This document shows, piece after piece, positions 19,552-28,593 of a DNA stretch of 64,000 nucleotides. The translations under genes and the position numbers were made by a program. The stretch is taken from the NCBI GenBank assembly GCA_045590015.1, contig JAZNQE010000025.1:57970-121969 (forward strand). Reading direction: 5' to 3'. The notes beneath the pieces were generated by a model. That model did no database searches. It saw nothing but the letters and a program-made list of their open reading frames with translations, and was not told the DNA's origin. Position 1 is the first letter of the stretch. Each line of letters opens with the position of its first letter. The stretch comes from Candidatus Onthomorpha sp. (GTDB taxonomy: Bacteria > Bacteroidota > Bacteroidia > Bacteroidales > P3).

Positions 19552-20568
19552 TTATCGTGCAAAAACGCCCTGTAAAATCACCGCACGAGAGGATTTTTCT
19601 CGTAAAAGGAATACAAACGGACGCTCAAACGCCAAAGTCTCTCTACTACCGCTTTGCTCCATCTTCTCTGTCAGAGTCTGCTTGTATGAATGTAACTCTG
19701 CTTCTTTAGGTTTTCGAATATTGAACGCACAAGATGTATGAATATTTGGAACAAGAAATTCATTCGCATACGGCAAAGGCACGGACATCTCCGTTTCAAA
19801 ATTACTAAAATCAGGCATTCTTAATGACAGACTTCTTTTCTCCAAACTTTTTACAATTTCCATATACTTCATTTCCGAAAACGCCCTAACATAATAAGGT
19901 AACGACAACCGCAAAGGCATAATCAACAACAAAGAATAAGAACCATTGCCCACAGGAACTTCAACCACGGATTCATTATCAGAAAACGAACACATGAAAC
20001 AGCCGGACAATTCAAAGAAATCAAGTTCCCGACTCGATGTGTCATCAATTTGAAAAACCGATTTCTCCGTTTGCAAAGCTTCATCATAGAATAAAGGAAT
20101 TTCAAACTGCTGAACAAATCTCAAAACGCCCTCCTGAGAAGAATCGATTGAAGAAACGATTAACAAAGTGCTATCTACTGATTGCAAACTATTGGAAAGA
20201 TTGGTTAAGGATTTGCACATTACATTTTCAGATGTGTCAAGCGATGTGCTCAAGTTTGCAATACTGTTAAGGTATTCTCTATCCGTTCCCGACAAATACC
20301 AATCCTTATAAAGGAAGAGTGAAGAGAATGCGAATGAATTAGAACCGCTGTCCACAGATACAGAAGAACGGAATATATCACAGCCAAGTCCATTCGACAT
20401 TCCAAACAAAGGAAGATAATCATTAAGAGATGATTCATCGGAAAGAACTGATAGCGAAGGAGCTGAAACAGATACGCCATAGTATTCCGTTTCCTGTTTC
20501 CCCGAACAAGCAAACAGAACAGCCACTGCACATATCGACACTGCAATCCAAAGCAAACATCTCTTCAT
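19552..20568 (-). CDS. serpin-like lipoprotein (divergent, probably non-inhibitory)
   Basis: Lipobox LFACSG. The C-terminus LAFERPFVFLLREKSSRAVILQGVF is a near match to the serpin signature. Start set at Met12, 23 nt downstream of a TAccTTTG box. Confidence 0.45.
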   Translation of the reverse strand: MKRCLLWIAVSICAVAVLFACSGKQETEYYGVSVSAPSLSVLSDESSLNDYLPLFGMSNGLGCDIFRSSVSVDSGSNSFAFSSLFLYKDWYLSGTDREYLNSIANLSTSLDTSENVMCKSLTNLSNSLQSVDSTLLIVSSIDSSQEGVLRFVQQFEIPLFYDEALQTEKSVFQIDDTSSRELDFFELSGCFMCSFSDNESVVEVPVGNGSYSLLLIMPLRLSLPYYVRAFSEMKYMEIVKSLEKRSLSLRMPDFSNFETEMSVPLPYANEFLVPNIHTSCAFNIRKPKEAELHSYKQTLTEKMEQSGSRETLAFERPFVFLLREKSSRAVILQGVFAR

Positions 20569-20590
20569 ATCCACAATCATTTTGCTGTTG

Positions 20591-20598
20591 CAAAGGTA
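20591..20598 (-). promoter_or_regulatory. -7 box TAccTTTG upstream of the serpin-like gene
   Basis: CAAAGGTA on the plus strand, 23 nt upstream of Met12 (20568). Confidence 0.45.
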
Positions 20599-20617
20599 CA
20601 TGTTTTTTGAATTTTCG

Positions 20618-20722
20618 ACAGCGATTTTTCTTTCTTTGTTTTGGTAAAATGTTTCTTTGTTTCAGGAAATTGTTTCTTGATTTCAGCGGATTGTTTCTTT
20701 GTTTCATAAAATTCTGATTTGC
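20618..20722. repeat. 21-bp repeat family, locus 3 (4-5 head-to-tail units)
   Basis: TAAAATGTTTCTTTGTTTCAG GAAATTGTTTCTTGATTTCAG CGGATTGTTTCTTTGTTTCAT. Confidence 0.85.
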
Positions 20723-20796
20723 AAATAGTTTCTCAGAAGCAAAAAGAGAAATTCTGTTTTTGCTTTTCACAAGCAGGCATTTACGGCTTATTTTCG

Positions 20797-20804
20797 TACT
20801 TTTG
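20797..20804 (+). promoter_or_regulatory. -7 box TActTTTG upstream of recX
   Basis: 16 nt upstream of the ATG at 20820. Confidence 0.45.
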
Positions 20805-20819
20805 CAAAAAAGATGTATA

Positions 20820-21290
20820 ATGTCGCAGAAGAAGCTATATACAGTAAAGCAGGCGTTAGATTATGCAAAGCAATATTGTGCCAAACAAGAGCATTGCCAG
20901 AGCGAAGTGAGGGATAAATTGCGTTCTTATTCGGTTACGGAAGATGAAATCGACATCTGTATTGCTGAATTGATATGCGAAGGTTTTATCAATGAACAAC
21001 GCTACGCCGATTTGTTTGTTCCAAGCAAGCTTCACCAAAACCAATGGGGCAAAATGAAGATAGCCGTTCACCTTAGAGCCAAAGACATTTCCGAAGTTTG
21101 CATAAAAAAGGCTCTTGCACAAATAGACAGCGATGAATACATGAATACACTACGCAAAGTATGCGACAAAAAGCTCCGAACCTTAAACGGGAACAATCTG
21201 AGTAAGAAACAAAAACTCATCTCTTTTCTTGCTTCAAAGGGATTCGAGTTCGATTGTATTGATATTGTATTGAAGGAGATAGGATTATGA
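20820..21290 (+). CDS. recX: regulatory protein RecX
   Basis: ALDYAKQYCAKQEHCQSEVRDKLRSY...FINEQRYA is the RecX repeat pattern. Start at MSQKK follows a TActTTTG box. Confidence 0.75.
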   Translation: MSQKKLYTVKQALDYAKQYCAKQEHCQSEVRDKLRSYSVTEDEIDICIAELICEGFINEQRYADLFVPSKLHQNQWGKMKIAVHLRAKDISEVCIKKALAQIDSDEYMNTLRKVCDKKLRTLNGNNLSKKQKLISFLASKGFEFDCIDIVLKEIGL

Positions 21291-21898
21291 TTTCATTTTT
21301 TCTTCGTTTGTGGTCAAAAATTTCAAACACCGATACTGTTTTTCGTGTTGCCGAAAGCAAAAAGCAAATCTTCCTTACATTTGACGATGGTCCGATTCCG
21401 GAAGTTACACCCAAGGTTTTGGATATTTTGAAACGCTATAATGCAAAAGCGACTTTTTTTTGTGTTGGAGACAATATAAGAAAGCATCCTGATTGTTTTG
21501 AAAGGCTCAAAGCAGAAGGACATTCGGTCGGCAACCATACCATGCATCACCTGAAAGCAAGCAAGGTAGATTTTGACACTTACATAAACGATGTGGAACA
21601 ATGCAGGGATTTATGCGATTCAGTTTTGTTTCGTCCTCCCTACGGCAGGCTTTCATCAGATTTGAAACAAGAACTGAAAAAGCGAGGTTTTCGCTTGGTA
21701 CTATGGACTGCGATCAGTTTCGATTACGACAAAAAAATCTCCCAATCCTCCTGCTATCGAAATGTTGCAAGACTAAGATCGGGAGATATAGTTCTTTTTC
21801 ACGATAGTCTGAAATCCGAGCAGAACACGCTCTATGCCCTTGAAAAGGTCCTCAAACGCTATTCCGACTTAGGCTTCAGCTTTTGTGCTTTGAAATAG
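21287..21898 (+). CDS. polysaccharide deacetylase (NodB homology domain)
   Basis: LTFDDGP, TFFCVG, GHSVGNHTMHH, FRPPYG. Confidence 0.8.
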   Translation: MISFFLRLWSKISNTDTVFRVAESKKQIFLTFDDGPIPEVTPKVLDILKRYNAKATFFCVGDNIRKHPDCFERLKAEGHSVGNHTMHHLKASKVDFDTYINDVEQCRDLCDSVLFRPPYGRLSSDLKQELKKRGFRLVLWTAISFDYDKKISQSSCYRNVARLRSGDIVLFHDSLKSEQNTLYALEKVLKRYSDLGFSFCALK

Positions 21899-21903
21899 CA
21901 GGC

Positions 21904-22266
21904 TTACTCTGCCACCAATACTTCTTTGATTATAACCTCATTGTATTTCAAACGAACAGTACTTTTACCTCTTCTTACCAACGGCTCATCTCCGTAAGCT
22001 ACATCAACTCCGAAGATAGCTTCATTATCAAAAAAGAAATAAGCTTCTCCATTTGCATCAGAAACTCCTTCTCTGCGAATACTGCCTGACTCTTGCGAAA
22101 TTGTGATTCTTGCATTTGCCAATCTTTGTGTAGGATTCATCGCATCTTTTACAACTATAGTCAATCCACATCCGTCGATTTCATCTTCTCCACAAGAACT
22201 AAATAACGGAGTAACAAGCACTATCGCCAATGCCATCAAAAAAAATATTCTTACTTTTTTCATCAT
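21904..22266 (-). CDS. small lipoprotein, carboxypeptidase-regulatory-like fold
   Basis: Lipobox FSSCG. VVKDAMNPTQRLANARITI...SDANGEAYF resembles a CarboxypepD_reg domain. Confidence 0.5.
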   Translation of the reverse strand: MMKKVRIFFLMALAIVLVTPLFSSCGEDEIDGCGLTIVVKDAMNPTQRLANARITISQESGSIRREGVSDANGEAYFFFDNEAIFGVDVAYGDEPLVRRGKSTVRLKYNEVIIKEVLVAE

Positions 22267-22338
22267 AACGGTTTTTTTTTGTAATATTGCGTTCTCAATT
22301 CAAGAATTAAAGTTGCAAAACTAAGAAAAAAATTTCGT

Positions 22339-23052
22339 ATGAGTACAATTAGAAACTTATTTTTAAGCCTTTTTGTCGCTATTTTTGCATTTGGATGCTC
22401 CAATAAGGTAGCAGACAAGAACATTGCGGCAGAACCAAAGAAAGAAGAAACAAAAGAAAAAACTACTATGGTTATTATCAGTACCGATTTAGGAGAGATG
22501 AAGGCCGTTCTCTACAACGAGACACCTCTTCACAAGGAAAATTTCATCAAATTGGCAAAAGAAGGATATTTTGACGGATGTTTATTCCACAGAGTCATAG
22601 ATGGATTTATGATTCAGGGCGGAGACCCCGACTCAAAGGCTGCAAAACCAGGTCAGATGTTAGGTCAAGGTGGTCCGGGCTATACAATACCTGCCGAATT
22701 CAAGCAAGAACTTATCCACAAAAAAGGAGCGTTGGCGGCAGCTCGAATGGCTGATCAAGTGAATCCTCAAAAGGCATCTTCCGGAAGCCAATTCTACATT
22801 GCTCAAGGCAAATCTTACACCGAAAATGAGTTAAATATGCTCAGCAGTAGAATGGGTAAAGCGTTCAATAAACAACAAATGGAAGCTTACACCACAGTTG
22901 GCGGAGTTCCTTTCCTTGATTATGAATACACAGTCTTTGGAGAGGTTGTGGAAGGTTTGGAAGTAATCGATAAAATTGCCGCTGTAGAGAAAGACAGACG
23001 CGACAGACCTGTTCAAGACATTAAGATGACAATCAAAGTTGTTGAAGAATAA
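22339..23052 (+). CDS. peptidyl-prolyl cis-trans isomerase, cyclophilin type (lipoprotein)
   Basis: [36 protein letters not shown]. Confidence 0.85.
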   Translation: MSTIRNLFLSLFVAIFAFGCSNKVADKNIAAEPKKEETKEKTTMVIISTDLGEMKAVLYNETPLHKENFIKLAKEGYFDGCLFHRVIDGFMIQGGDPDSKAAKPGQMLGQGGPGYTIPAEFKQELIHKKGALAAARMADQVNPQKASSGSQFYIAQGKSYTENELNMLSSRMGKAFNKQQMEAYTTVGGVPFLDYEYTVFGEVVEGLEVIDKIAAVEKDRRDRPVQDIKMTIKVVEE

Positions 23053-23060
23053 TTGCGATT

Positions 23061-24092
23061 ATGAAACAGAGGATAAGGCAATCAATAGAGAATTTGAAGC
23101 AACTAAGTGCCAACACACTGGAAGAAATAGAGCAATTACGTATTCAGTATCTTGGCAAGAAGGGTGTGCTGAATGATTTGTTCGCTCAGTTCAAGCAAAT
23201 TCCCAATGAAGAAAAAAGAGAAATGGGTTCTTTGCTTAACGAACTCAAAACGGCAGTACAATCGAAAATAGATGCTCTTCGTGAAACTTTAGAGGCTAAA
23301 GCGGATAGTCAAATCAACATCGATGATTTAACAAAGCCAGCTTATTTGGAGACATTGGGATCTCGCCACCCTATTTCTTTAGTTCGAAACGAGATATGTG
23401 AGATTTTTGCTCAGATTGGCTACGTTGTAGAAGAGGGACCTGAGATTGAAGATGATTGGCACGTATTTTCGGCCTTGAATTTTCCACCTGAGCATCCTGC
23501 AAGGGACATGCAAGACACCTTTTTCATTGAAAACAGAGCAGATGGCAACAATGCAGTATTGCGAACTCACACTTCGTCGATACAAGTTCGCACAATGGAA
23601 CGCCAACAGCCGCCTATAAGAATTATAGCTCCAGGAAGAGTATTCAGAAACGAAGCAATCTCTGCTCGTGCTCATTGTATATTCCACCAAATTGAAGGTC
23701 TGTACATAGATAAAGGTGTTTCATTTGCAGATTTGAAGCAAAGCCTACTTTATTTCGCAAAAGAAATGTTCGGAAACGATACAAAGATAAGACTACGTCC
23801 TTCATATTTCCCATTCACTGAGCCAAGTGCGGAAATGGATGTTTCATGTAATCTTTGCGGAGGCAAGGGTTGTAATGTTTGTAAGGGAACAGGTTGGTTG
23901 GAAATAATGGGTTGCGGAATGGTTGACCCGAACGTTTTAAGAGCATCAGGAATCGATCCCGACGTTTATTCGGGTTTTGCATTCGGAATGGGAGTTGAAA
24001 GAATCGCAATGCTCAAATACGGAGTCAATGATTTGAGAATGTACTTCGAAAACGATGTAAGATTTCTCAATCAGTTTAAGTCGTTCATTTAA
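23061..24092 (+). CDS. pheS: phenylalanine--tRNA ligase alpha subunit
   Basis: Class II aaRS motifs and a typical PheS sequence ([32 protein letters not shown]). Confidence 0.95.
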   Translation: MKQRIRQSIENLKQLSANTLEEIEQLRIQYLGKKGVLNDLFAQFKQIPNEEKREMGSLLNELKTAVQSKIDALRETLEAKADSQINIDDLTKPAYLETLGSRHPISLVRNEICEIFAQIGYVVEEGPEIEDDWHVFSALNFPPEHPARDMQDTFFIENRADGNNAVLRTHTSSIQVRTMERQQPPIRIIAPGRVFRNEAISARAHCIFHQIEGLYIDKGVSFADLKQSLLYFAKEMFGNDTKIRLRPSYFPFTEPSAEMDVSCNLCGGKGCNVCKGTGWLEIMGCGMVDPNVLRASGIDPDVYSGFAFGMGVERIAMLKYGVNDLRMYFENDVRFLNQFKSFI

Positions 24093-24151
24093 TTTTTAGT
24101 TTTTAATATTTTTTTCATCGGAGGAGGCGTCAGCCTCTTCCTTTTATTATT

Positions 24152-24511
24152 ATGGCACGAATAACTATTGACAATATGTCTTTTTATGCTTTCCACGGTT
24201 GCTTTGACGAGGAGAGTAAAATAGGAACCAATTTTTCGATTGATTGTGAATTTGATTGCGATACTAAGAATGCAGAAATCAGCGACAATATCGAAGACAC
24301 CGTAAGCTACCTTGATGTTTACAGAGTGATAAAGCAACAAATGGAAATTCCTTCCCATCTGCTTGAGCATGTATCAAGAAGAATTATCGATGCGTTATTT
24401 GAAAATTTCCCTCAGATCGATTACTGCAAAATCAGGGTTCACAAACTTAATCCACCGCTTGGTGGCCAGATGAAGGGCGTAAGTGTTTGTCTTGAGCGTT
24501 ATCGTTCTTAG
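24152..24511 (+). CDS. folB: dihydroneopterin aldolase
   Basis: ITIDNMSFYAFHGCFDEESKIGTNFSIDCEF is the FolB signature region. 119 aa. Confidence 0.8.
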   Translation: MARITIDNMSFYAFHGCFDEESKIGTNFSIDCEFDCDTKNAEISDNIEDTVSYLDVYRVIKQQMEIPSHLLEHVSRRIIDALFENFPQIDYCKIRVHKLNPPLGGQMKGVSVCLERYRS

Positions 24512-25097
24512 ATTTCTTGCCTGAAAAAAACTGCACCCAAACAATCCATAACAGAAATATCACAACATACATCAGGGGTCTTGCAACCCAATCGTGGTAA
24601 AACTGAAACTGTTCGGGATTCTGGGCATACAAATCTGTCAAAAGATAGATTCTCAATATATTTGCCAATACCAACACAACACTTCCTGCAATAAAATAAG
24701 GAATCTTTTTCCACCAGCGTCCGGTACAAAGAATGATAATCAGCAAAAATTGCATGATTTGTTTGATTCCAGAACAGTCGTGAATGATACTCATTGCCGC
24801 ATAAACCTCTACACCATGTTGCGGATGCGGTCTAAAAAACAAAAATTTAGTTCCTTCGGTATAGTACGGGATATCACAAAAAGCCTCTAACAAAACATTT
24901 GTTCCATTGAACGCAATCAAAGTAAAAAAATCAAAAACCTGCGTTGAAAAAGGCCCAAAAAGCCAAGTATTCATATCCGTATTCCAATACAAAAAATGAA
25001 ATATAACTCCTGCAACGCTCAATGCAAGAAAGTTTTTAATCAGTCTCTGATTCTCTTGATTATTCCAAATATTCTTTACTAATTCTTTCAACTTCAT
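24447..25097 (-). CDS. exosortase/archaeosortase-family transpeptidase (small Bacteroidota type, XrtF-like)
   Basis: Polytopic membrane protein with candidate catalytic residues: Cys in IHDCSGIKQ, Arg in ANILRIY, His in FYHDW. Start moved to MKLKELVK because the longer ORF reads through a repeat array. Confidence 0.6.
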   Translation of the reverse strand: MKLKELVKNIWNNQENQRLIKNFLALSVAGVIFHFLYWNTDMNTWLFGPFSTQVFDFFTLIAFNGTNVLLEAFCDIPYYTEGTKFLFFRPHPQHGVEVYAAMSIIHDCSGIKQIMQFLLIIILCTGRWWKKIPYFIAGSVVLVLANILRIYLLTDLYAQNPEQFQFYHDWVARPLMYVVIFLLWIVWVQFFSGKKSKNDNAQDKHLRPSSGHQAVD

Positions 25098-25119
25098 TTG
25101 GCAAAGATAGTAAATTATT

Positions 25120-25206
25120 CGATTGGATCTTGATTTCAGAAAAATGTTTCTTGAATCCATTTTAGCGAAACAAAGATTCATTTTTCTGATTTCAAGAAAC
25201 AGTTTC
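25120..25206. repeat. 21-bp repeat family, locus 4
   Basis: GATTGGATCTTGATTTCAG AAAAATGTTTCTTGAATCC ... GAAACAAAGATTC ... CTGATTTCAAGAAACAG. Confidence 0.75.
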
Positions 25207-25264
25207 TATGTCTTCAAGTAAATATTATGCGGTTGCAAGTATGATATTTTCGAGTATTTTATCG

Positions 25265-25272
25265 TACCTTTG
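25265..25272 (+). promoter_or_regulatory. -7 box TAccTTTG upstream of wbpD-like
   Basis: 27 nt upstream of the ATG at 25299. Confidence 0.5.
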
Positions 25273-25298
25273 CAATCTAAGTTATTTTTGTGGATTTT

Positions 25299-25877
25299 AT
25301 GAATACAGATTTCTTTGCACACGAATCGGCAGCTATAGACGAAGGTTGCAAAATCGGGAAAGGGACAAAAATTTGGCATTTCTCACACATAATGAGCGGT
25401 TGTGAAATCGGAGAAAATTGTAACATCGGACAAAACGTTGTAATCTCTCCTTCAGTCGTTTTAGGAACAAATTGCAAAGTCCAAAACAATGTTTCTGTTT
25501 ACACAGGTGTGATTTGCGGCGACGATGTCTTTCTCGGACCGAGTTGCGTCTTCACAAACGTCATCAATCCTCGCTCAGCGGTTGCACGCAAAAGCGAATA
25601 CAGACAAACGCTTATTGGAAAAGGTGCTTCGATTGGTGCAAACGCAACCATAGTTTGCGGTCATAACATCGGCAAATACGCTTTGATTGGTGCAGGTTGC
25701 GTAGTAACGAAAGACATTCCCGATTATGCTTTGGTCGTTGGCAATCCTTCAAAACAGATCGGCTGGGTTTCGGAATACGGACACAGACTGACTTTCGACG
25801 AAAAGGGAATCGGCATTTGCCCCGAAACAAAACAGGTTTATGAATTAAAAAACGATATTGTTAAAAGAATAGAATAG
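25299..25877 (+). CDS. wbpD: UDP-2-acetamido-3-amino-2,3-dideoxy-glucuronate N-acetyltransferase (WbpD/WlbB-like hexapeptide transferase)
   Basis: Near end-to-end resemblance to WlbB as recalled (KIWHFSHI, VQNNVSVY, FTNVINPRSAV-RKSEYR-TLI, IGWVS). A TAccTTTG box lies 27 nt upstream. Confidence 0.85.
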   Translation: MNTDFFAHESAAIDEGCKIGKGTKIWHFSHIMSGCEIGENCNIGQNVVISPSVVLGTNCKVQNNVSVYTGVICGDDVFLGPSCVFTNVINPRSAVARKSEYRQTLIGKGASIGANATIVCGHNIGKYALIGAGCVVTKDIPDYALVVGNPSKQIGWVSEYGHRLTFDEKGIGICPETKQVYELKNDIVKRIE

Positions 25878-25881
25878 ATAT

Positions 25882-26847
25882 ATGAAAAACTTTGGCATAA
25901 TAGGCGTTGCAGGATACATTGCACCGCGACATTTGAAAGCAATCAAGGATACAGGGAATCGTCTTGTTGTAGCTTTGGATAAAAGTGATTCTGTAGGAAT
26001 TATGGATAGTTACTTCCCACAATGTTCTTTTTATACCGAATATGAGAGATTTGACCGTTTTGTTGAAAAAATCAAACATACGGAAGACAGATTGGATTAT
26101 GTGAGTGTGTGTACTCCTAACTACTTGCACGACTCTCATATCAGATTTGGTCTGAGAGCAGGTGCGGATGTGATTTGTGAAAAGCCGTTGGTATTGAATC
26201 CATGGAACATAGACGCTCTCAAAAAGATGGAAGAAGAGACAGGAAAGACTGTTTACAATATCCTACAATTAAGACTGCACCCTGCAATCATTCAATGGAA
26301 AGAAATGGTTGACCAAGGTCCGAAAGACAAAGTTTATGATGTCGATTTGACTTACATAACCTCTCGAGGCTTGTGGTATTACACTTCATGGAAAGGCGAT
26401 GTTACAAAATCGGGAGGAGTAGCCACAAATATAGGTGTGCATTTCTACGATATGCTTTCATGGATTTTCGGCAAAGTTAAAGAAAACATCGTTCACATTT
26501 ACGAACACGACAGAGCAGCAGGGCTTTTGGTATTCGAAAAAGCAAGAGTGCGTTATTTCCTTTCAATAAATGCGGACACTCTTCCAAAAGAAGCCGTTGC
26601 GGCAGGTAAAAGAACGTTCAGAAAAATGGAGATGGACGGCAAGGAAATCGAATTCTCTGACGGCTTTACCGAATTGCATACTGAAAGTTACAAGAACATT
26701 TTTGCAGGAAAAGGCTTCGGCTTGGATGATGCAAGACAATGTATCAGCATTGTTCACGATATAAGAAACTCAAAACCGATAGGATTGCAAGGAGACTATC
26801 ATCCGTTGGCGGCTTTGCCTTTAGACAAGCATCCTTTCTTCAAATAA
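25882..26847 (+). CDS. wbpB: UDP-N-acetyl-2-amino-2-deoxyglucuronate 3-dehydrogenase-like (Gfo/Idh/MocA, WbpB/WlbA-like)
   Basis: MKNFGIIGVAGYIAPRHLKAIKDTGN, ICEKPL, NILQLR-HPAI and ATNIGVHFYDML closely parallel WbpB. Confidence 0.85.
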   Translation: MKNFGIIGVAGYIAPRHLKAIKDTGNRLVVALDKSDSVGIMDSYFPQCSFYTEYERFDRFVEKIKHTEDRLDYVSVCTPNYLHDSHIRFGLRAGADVICEKPLVLNPWNIDALKKMEEETGKTVYNILQLRLHPAIIQWKEMVDQGPKDKVYDVDLTYITSRGLWYYTSWKGDVTKSGGVATNIGVHFYDMLSWIFGKVKENIVHIYEHDRAAGLLVFEKARVRYFLSINADTLPKEAVAAGKRTFRKMEMDGKEIEFSDGFTELHTESYKNIFAGKGFGLDDARQCISIVHDIRNSKPIGLQGDYHPLAALPLDKHPFFK

Positions 26848-26860
26848 TCTCAAAGAAAAG

Positions 26861-27775
26861 ATGATTGAGCTGACTCGTGCGGACAATTTCATAAAAGAAT
26901 TCGAGAGAGTGTATTCGCTAAAGGTACATAAGATTCCTCTTGAATACTTTGACGGCAGGCGTGTGTTGCTTCTGATGTGCAAGTGCTCAGGAGTGTGGAT
27001 TGATTTACCATATCACTCGCAAGGATACGCACAAACAGATTTATCAAACTTTGACGGAAAAGCTCCATTCAAATTTGTGGAATCTCAAGACGGCAACTTG
27101 TTCTGCACAAAGAACATAAAATGGCAACTGAGAGACACAAGAGCTTACAGCAACCACATTTACGCCGACAAACTCAATTTTTCATTGGACTTAAACAACA
27201 ATCAGCTCATAGGAACCGCCAATGTGAGAAGAAAAATCCGCAAAGCCAAAGCCTCAAACTTGAAGGTTGTCAGCGGAGGAAAAGAATTGGTAAAAGATTT
27301 CTACAAAGTATATTCACAAAGAATGTATGAATTGGGTTCACCTGCTTGTGGTAAATCACTGATACGAAGATTGGTTAAACACAAATCAAACAAGATATTC
27401 GTGGTTTACCACAACCGATTACCCATAGGCGGTGCGACCTTATCGTTACGCAACATCGATTCTGCCGAGAACGTTTTGTTTGCCACCGACATAAGATACA
27501 ACCATCTTTACACAAGCTATCTGTTGCATGATGCAATGATAGAATATGCCCGAAACAACAATCTATCAACATATTTCTTGGGAAGAAGCACACGAAACAG
27601 CAGTGTACATCTCTACAAGAAGCATTTCAGACCTATGGAAGTGGATTTGTATTGGAGCAATTCTCATGCGACAAAAAACATTCGCGACAACAAACTTTTC
27701 CGTAAGCTTTGGAAATTGTTGCCTCTCAGACTTGCCACCCTTTTAGGCCCTTTCGCAAACCGATTTGTTTATTAG
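26861..27775 (+). CDS. FemAB-like / GNAT-fold acyltransferase family protein
   Basis: VRRKIRKAKASNLKV...FYKVYSQRMYELGSP...PIGGA...YLLHDAMIEYA...LGRS...LYKKHFRP follows the FemAB/acetyltransf_6 pattern. This call is tentative. Confidence 0.5.
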   Translation: MIELTRADNFIKEFERVYSLKVHKIPLEYFDGRRVLLLMCKCSGVWIDLPYHSQGYAQTDLSNFDGKAPFKFVESQDGNLFCTKNIKWQLRDTRAYSNHIYADKLNFSLDLNNNQLIGTANVRRKIRKAKASNLKVVSGGKELVKDFYKVYSQRMYELGSPACGKSLIRRLVKHKSNKIFVVYHNRLPIGGATLSLRNIDSAENVLFATDIRYNHLYTSYLLHDAMIEYARNNNLSTYFLGRSTRNSSVHLYKKHFRPMEVDLYWSNSHATKNIRDNKLFRKLWKLLPLRLATLLGPFANRFVY

Positions 27776-27868
27776 ATCCACATCTTTCAATAAAGCGAAA
27801 ACGCAAAACAGCGTCTTTTTTTTTTGTAATTCAGCGTATCAAATTCACTTCTATCAGTCTTATTTTCA

Positions 27869-27964
27869 CGATATTTGAATCCAGAAAACTCTTTCTTGAT
27901 TTCAGAAAAATAAAACAAAGAATCAGCAAATTGTTTCTTTGTTTCAGTAAATTAAAACAAGGAG
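27869..27964. repeat. 21-bp repeat family, locus 5
   Basis: AAAACTCTTTCTTGATTTCAG AAAAATAAAACAAAGAATCAG CAAATTGTTTCTTTGTTTCAG. Confidence 0.8.
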
Positions 27965-27993
27965 TTGATAAAGCGAATCGTTGTTTGTGGGTT

Positions 27994-28545
27994 TTACAAC
28001 TTTGGGGAGCGAATTTTCAGTTTTCGTTTGAGTTGCTCAAATGTTTCAACGCCAAGACATTCTGCTTCATGCAACAAAAGCCTTGCACAAGCCTCTGCAT
28101 CGGAGTCTGCTTTGTGATGAGCAAACTCAAAACCCATCTCATTACAAAGGTAATCCAACGAAAATTTCGGGCTTTGCTGCCAAACCAATCTTGCAATCTG
28201 ATAAGTGCAATAATATCTTGCGGGAGGGATTTCCAATTTGTAATGCCTCAAAGTCTTACGAAGAACATTTATATCAAAACTCGCATTGTGTGCAACCAAG
28301 ACTTGCGATTCCAAATACGGTTTTATTTCATTCCAAAGCTCATCAAACTCAGGTTCAAACTTGACATCATCTTTGTGAATACCATGAATACGTTGAGCAT
28401 AGTAATGAAAATAGGGATAACATATCGGTTTAATCAACCAACTACGCTTTTCAACAATCTGAGAGTTGCTTACAACTGCCAAACCCAAAGAACAAGGAAT
28501 ATATTTGTCGGCAGTCTCGAAGTCCAATGCTACAAAATCGAACAT
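27994..28545 (-). CDS. DEDDh 3'-5' exonuclease (DnaQ/epsilon-like domain)
   Basis: Exo motifs ALDFETA, HNASFDINVL, HHKADSDAEA. Confidence 0.75.
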   Translation of the reverse strand: MFDFVALDFETADKYIPCSLGLAVVSNSQIVEKRSWLIKPICYPYFHYYAQRIHGIHKDDVKFEPEFDELWNEIKPYLESQVLVAHNASFDINVLRKTLRHYKLEIPPARYYCTYQIARLVWQQSPKFSLDYLCNEMGFEFAHHKADSDAEACARLLLHEAECLGVETFEQLKRKLKIRSPKL

Positions 28546-28553
28546 AATATAAA

Positions 28554-28587
28554 GAGCGGTGCTTTTGAAACACCGCTCCGTTTTTTT
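28554..28587. terminator. hairpin between dsbD and the exonuclease gene
   Basis: GAGCGGTG-cttttgaaa-CACCGCTC. The T7 run is on the plus strand and only a weak T-tract lies on the coding (minus) strand. Confidence 0.45.
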
Positions 28588-28593
28588 GTTTCT

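Noticed and set aside
20618-20722. Possibility that the 21-bp arrays are CRISPR arrays
   Set aside because: The units are contiguous with no unique spacers. They are too short and AT-rich, occur in both orientations within a locus, and no cas genes are present.
20430-20770. ORFs 20430..20717 (+) and 20435..20770 (-) with Lys/Arg/Asn/Phe-rich translations
   Set aside because: Both are translations of repeat locus 3 on the two strands (KQRNNPLKSRNNFLKQRN) and overlap the serpin-like gene start. They are not genes.
25098-25181. N-terminal extension of the exosortase-like ORF
   Set aside because: It is the translation of repeat locus 4 (NIFLKSRSNRIIY). A candidate CAAAGATA box at 25101-25108 sits only 4 nt from the chosen ATG, so I did not call it a promoter. 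The start remains uncertain.
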